DNA from: Chiloscyllium plagiosum
Taxonomy: Eukaryota
Assembly (NCBI RefSeq): GCF_004010195.1
Contig: NC_057720.1
Location: 30,376,927 to 30,440,926 of the forward strand
Length of the DNA: 64,000 nucleotides
Reading direction: 5' to 3'
Within the stretch, counting starts at the first letter, position 1, and each line of letters starts with the position of its first letter. Of this stretch, positions 63,497 through 64,000 are shown piece by piece. A model generated the notes under the pieces. It ran no database searches. It had not been told where the DNA came from and saw nothing but the letters and a program-made list of their open reading frames with translations. The position numbers and the translations under genes were made by a program.

Positions 63497-64000
63497 CTAA
63501 CTGATAGACAGCCAGCCTCTGTGTGGTGCACACTGCTTTCTTAAGCACACAGGGTCTTCAGTGCTCACTTACAGGCTGTCAGCCTTTGTGGCTTGCATTG
63601 CTTTTTAGCATACAATGAGAGGTATCAGCTTGTGACCATGGGGAGCACTGACTAATCAGTTTAAAAGTTGGACTGAGGTTGCACATGCTGCCATATGGCA
63701 CAGTGTGATGTCAACATCAAATCTGCTGTTTGTTCCAGTAAGTCTGCATGACAAACGCACTTCAAGCATACTTCAATGAAATGGTCATGTGTGAAAGTCA
63801 AAGAGGAACACTCCTTAGTGGAGTTGAGGGGTCTGTAGTTAGTCAGGGAGTGCCATCGCAGTTAGTCAAGGGGCTCATCACATGCAGGGAATTGGCCACA
63901 GTTAGTTAGGCATTTCATCCTACATTTGATTTGATTTGATTTATTATTGTCACATGTACCTAAGTGCAGTGAAAAGTTATGTTTTGTGCACAGTACATGC

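Overview
Eukaryotic, repeat-rich DNA, most likely from a shark (inferred from HE1-type V-SINEs, CR1 LINEs and Penelope-like elements). The window holds one complete protein-coding gene, DHCR24 (24-dehydrocholesterol reductase), on the minus strand. It has 9 coding exons from ATG 57810 to TGA 14601, all introns GT-AG, totalling 1551 nt (516 aa plus stop), and a GC-rich promoter with six CCAAT boxes and an SREBP-type E-box. The rest is mostly mobile DNA: nested CR1 LINEs, V-SINEs, Tc1/mariner-type MITEs, an ERV-like provirus in intron 5 and many short Penelope-derived elements, many palindromic, with minimal hammerhead-ribozyme motifs and 11-17 bp target duplications. The most unusual locus is 51190-52480 in intron 1. 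There an LTR-like element is split at its TATA region by three stacked, co-oriented retro-insertions (two Tx1-like 3' ends and a ferritin retrocopy), separated by four copies of one 14-bp target sequence. This suggests a sequence-specific retrotransposon that also inserts cellular mRNA at its target. Exon coordinates were read base by base. Most repeat boundaries are approximate, and family names come from recognition, not database searches.
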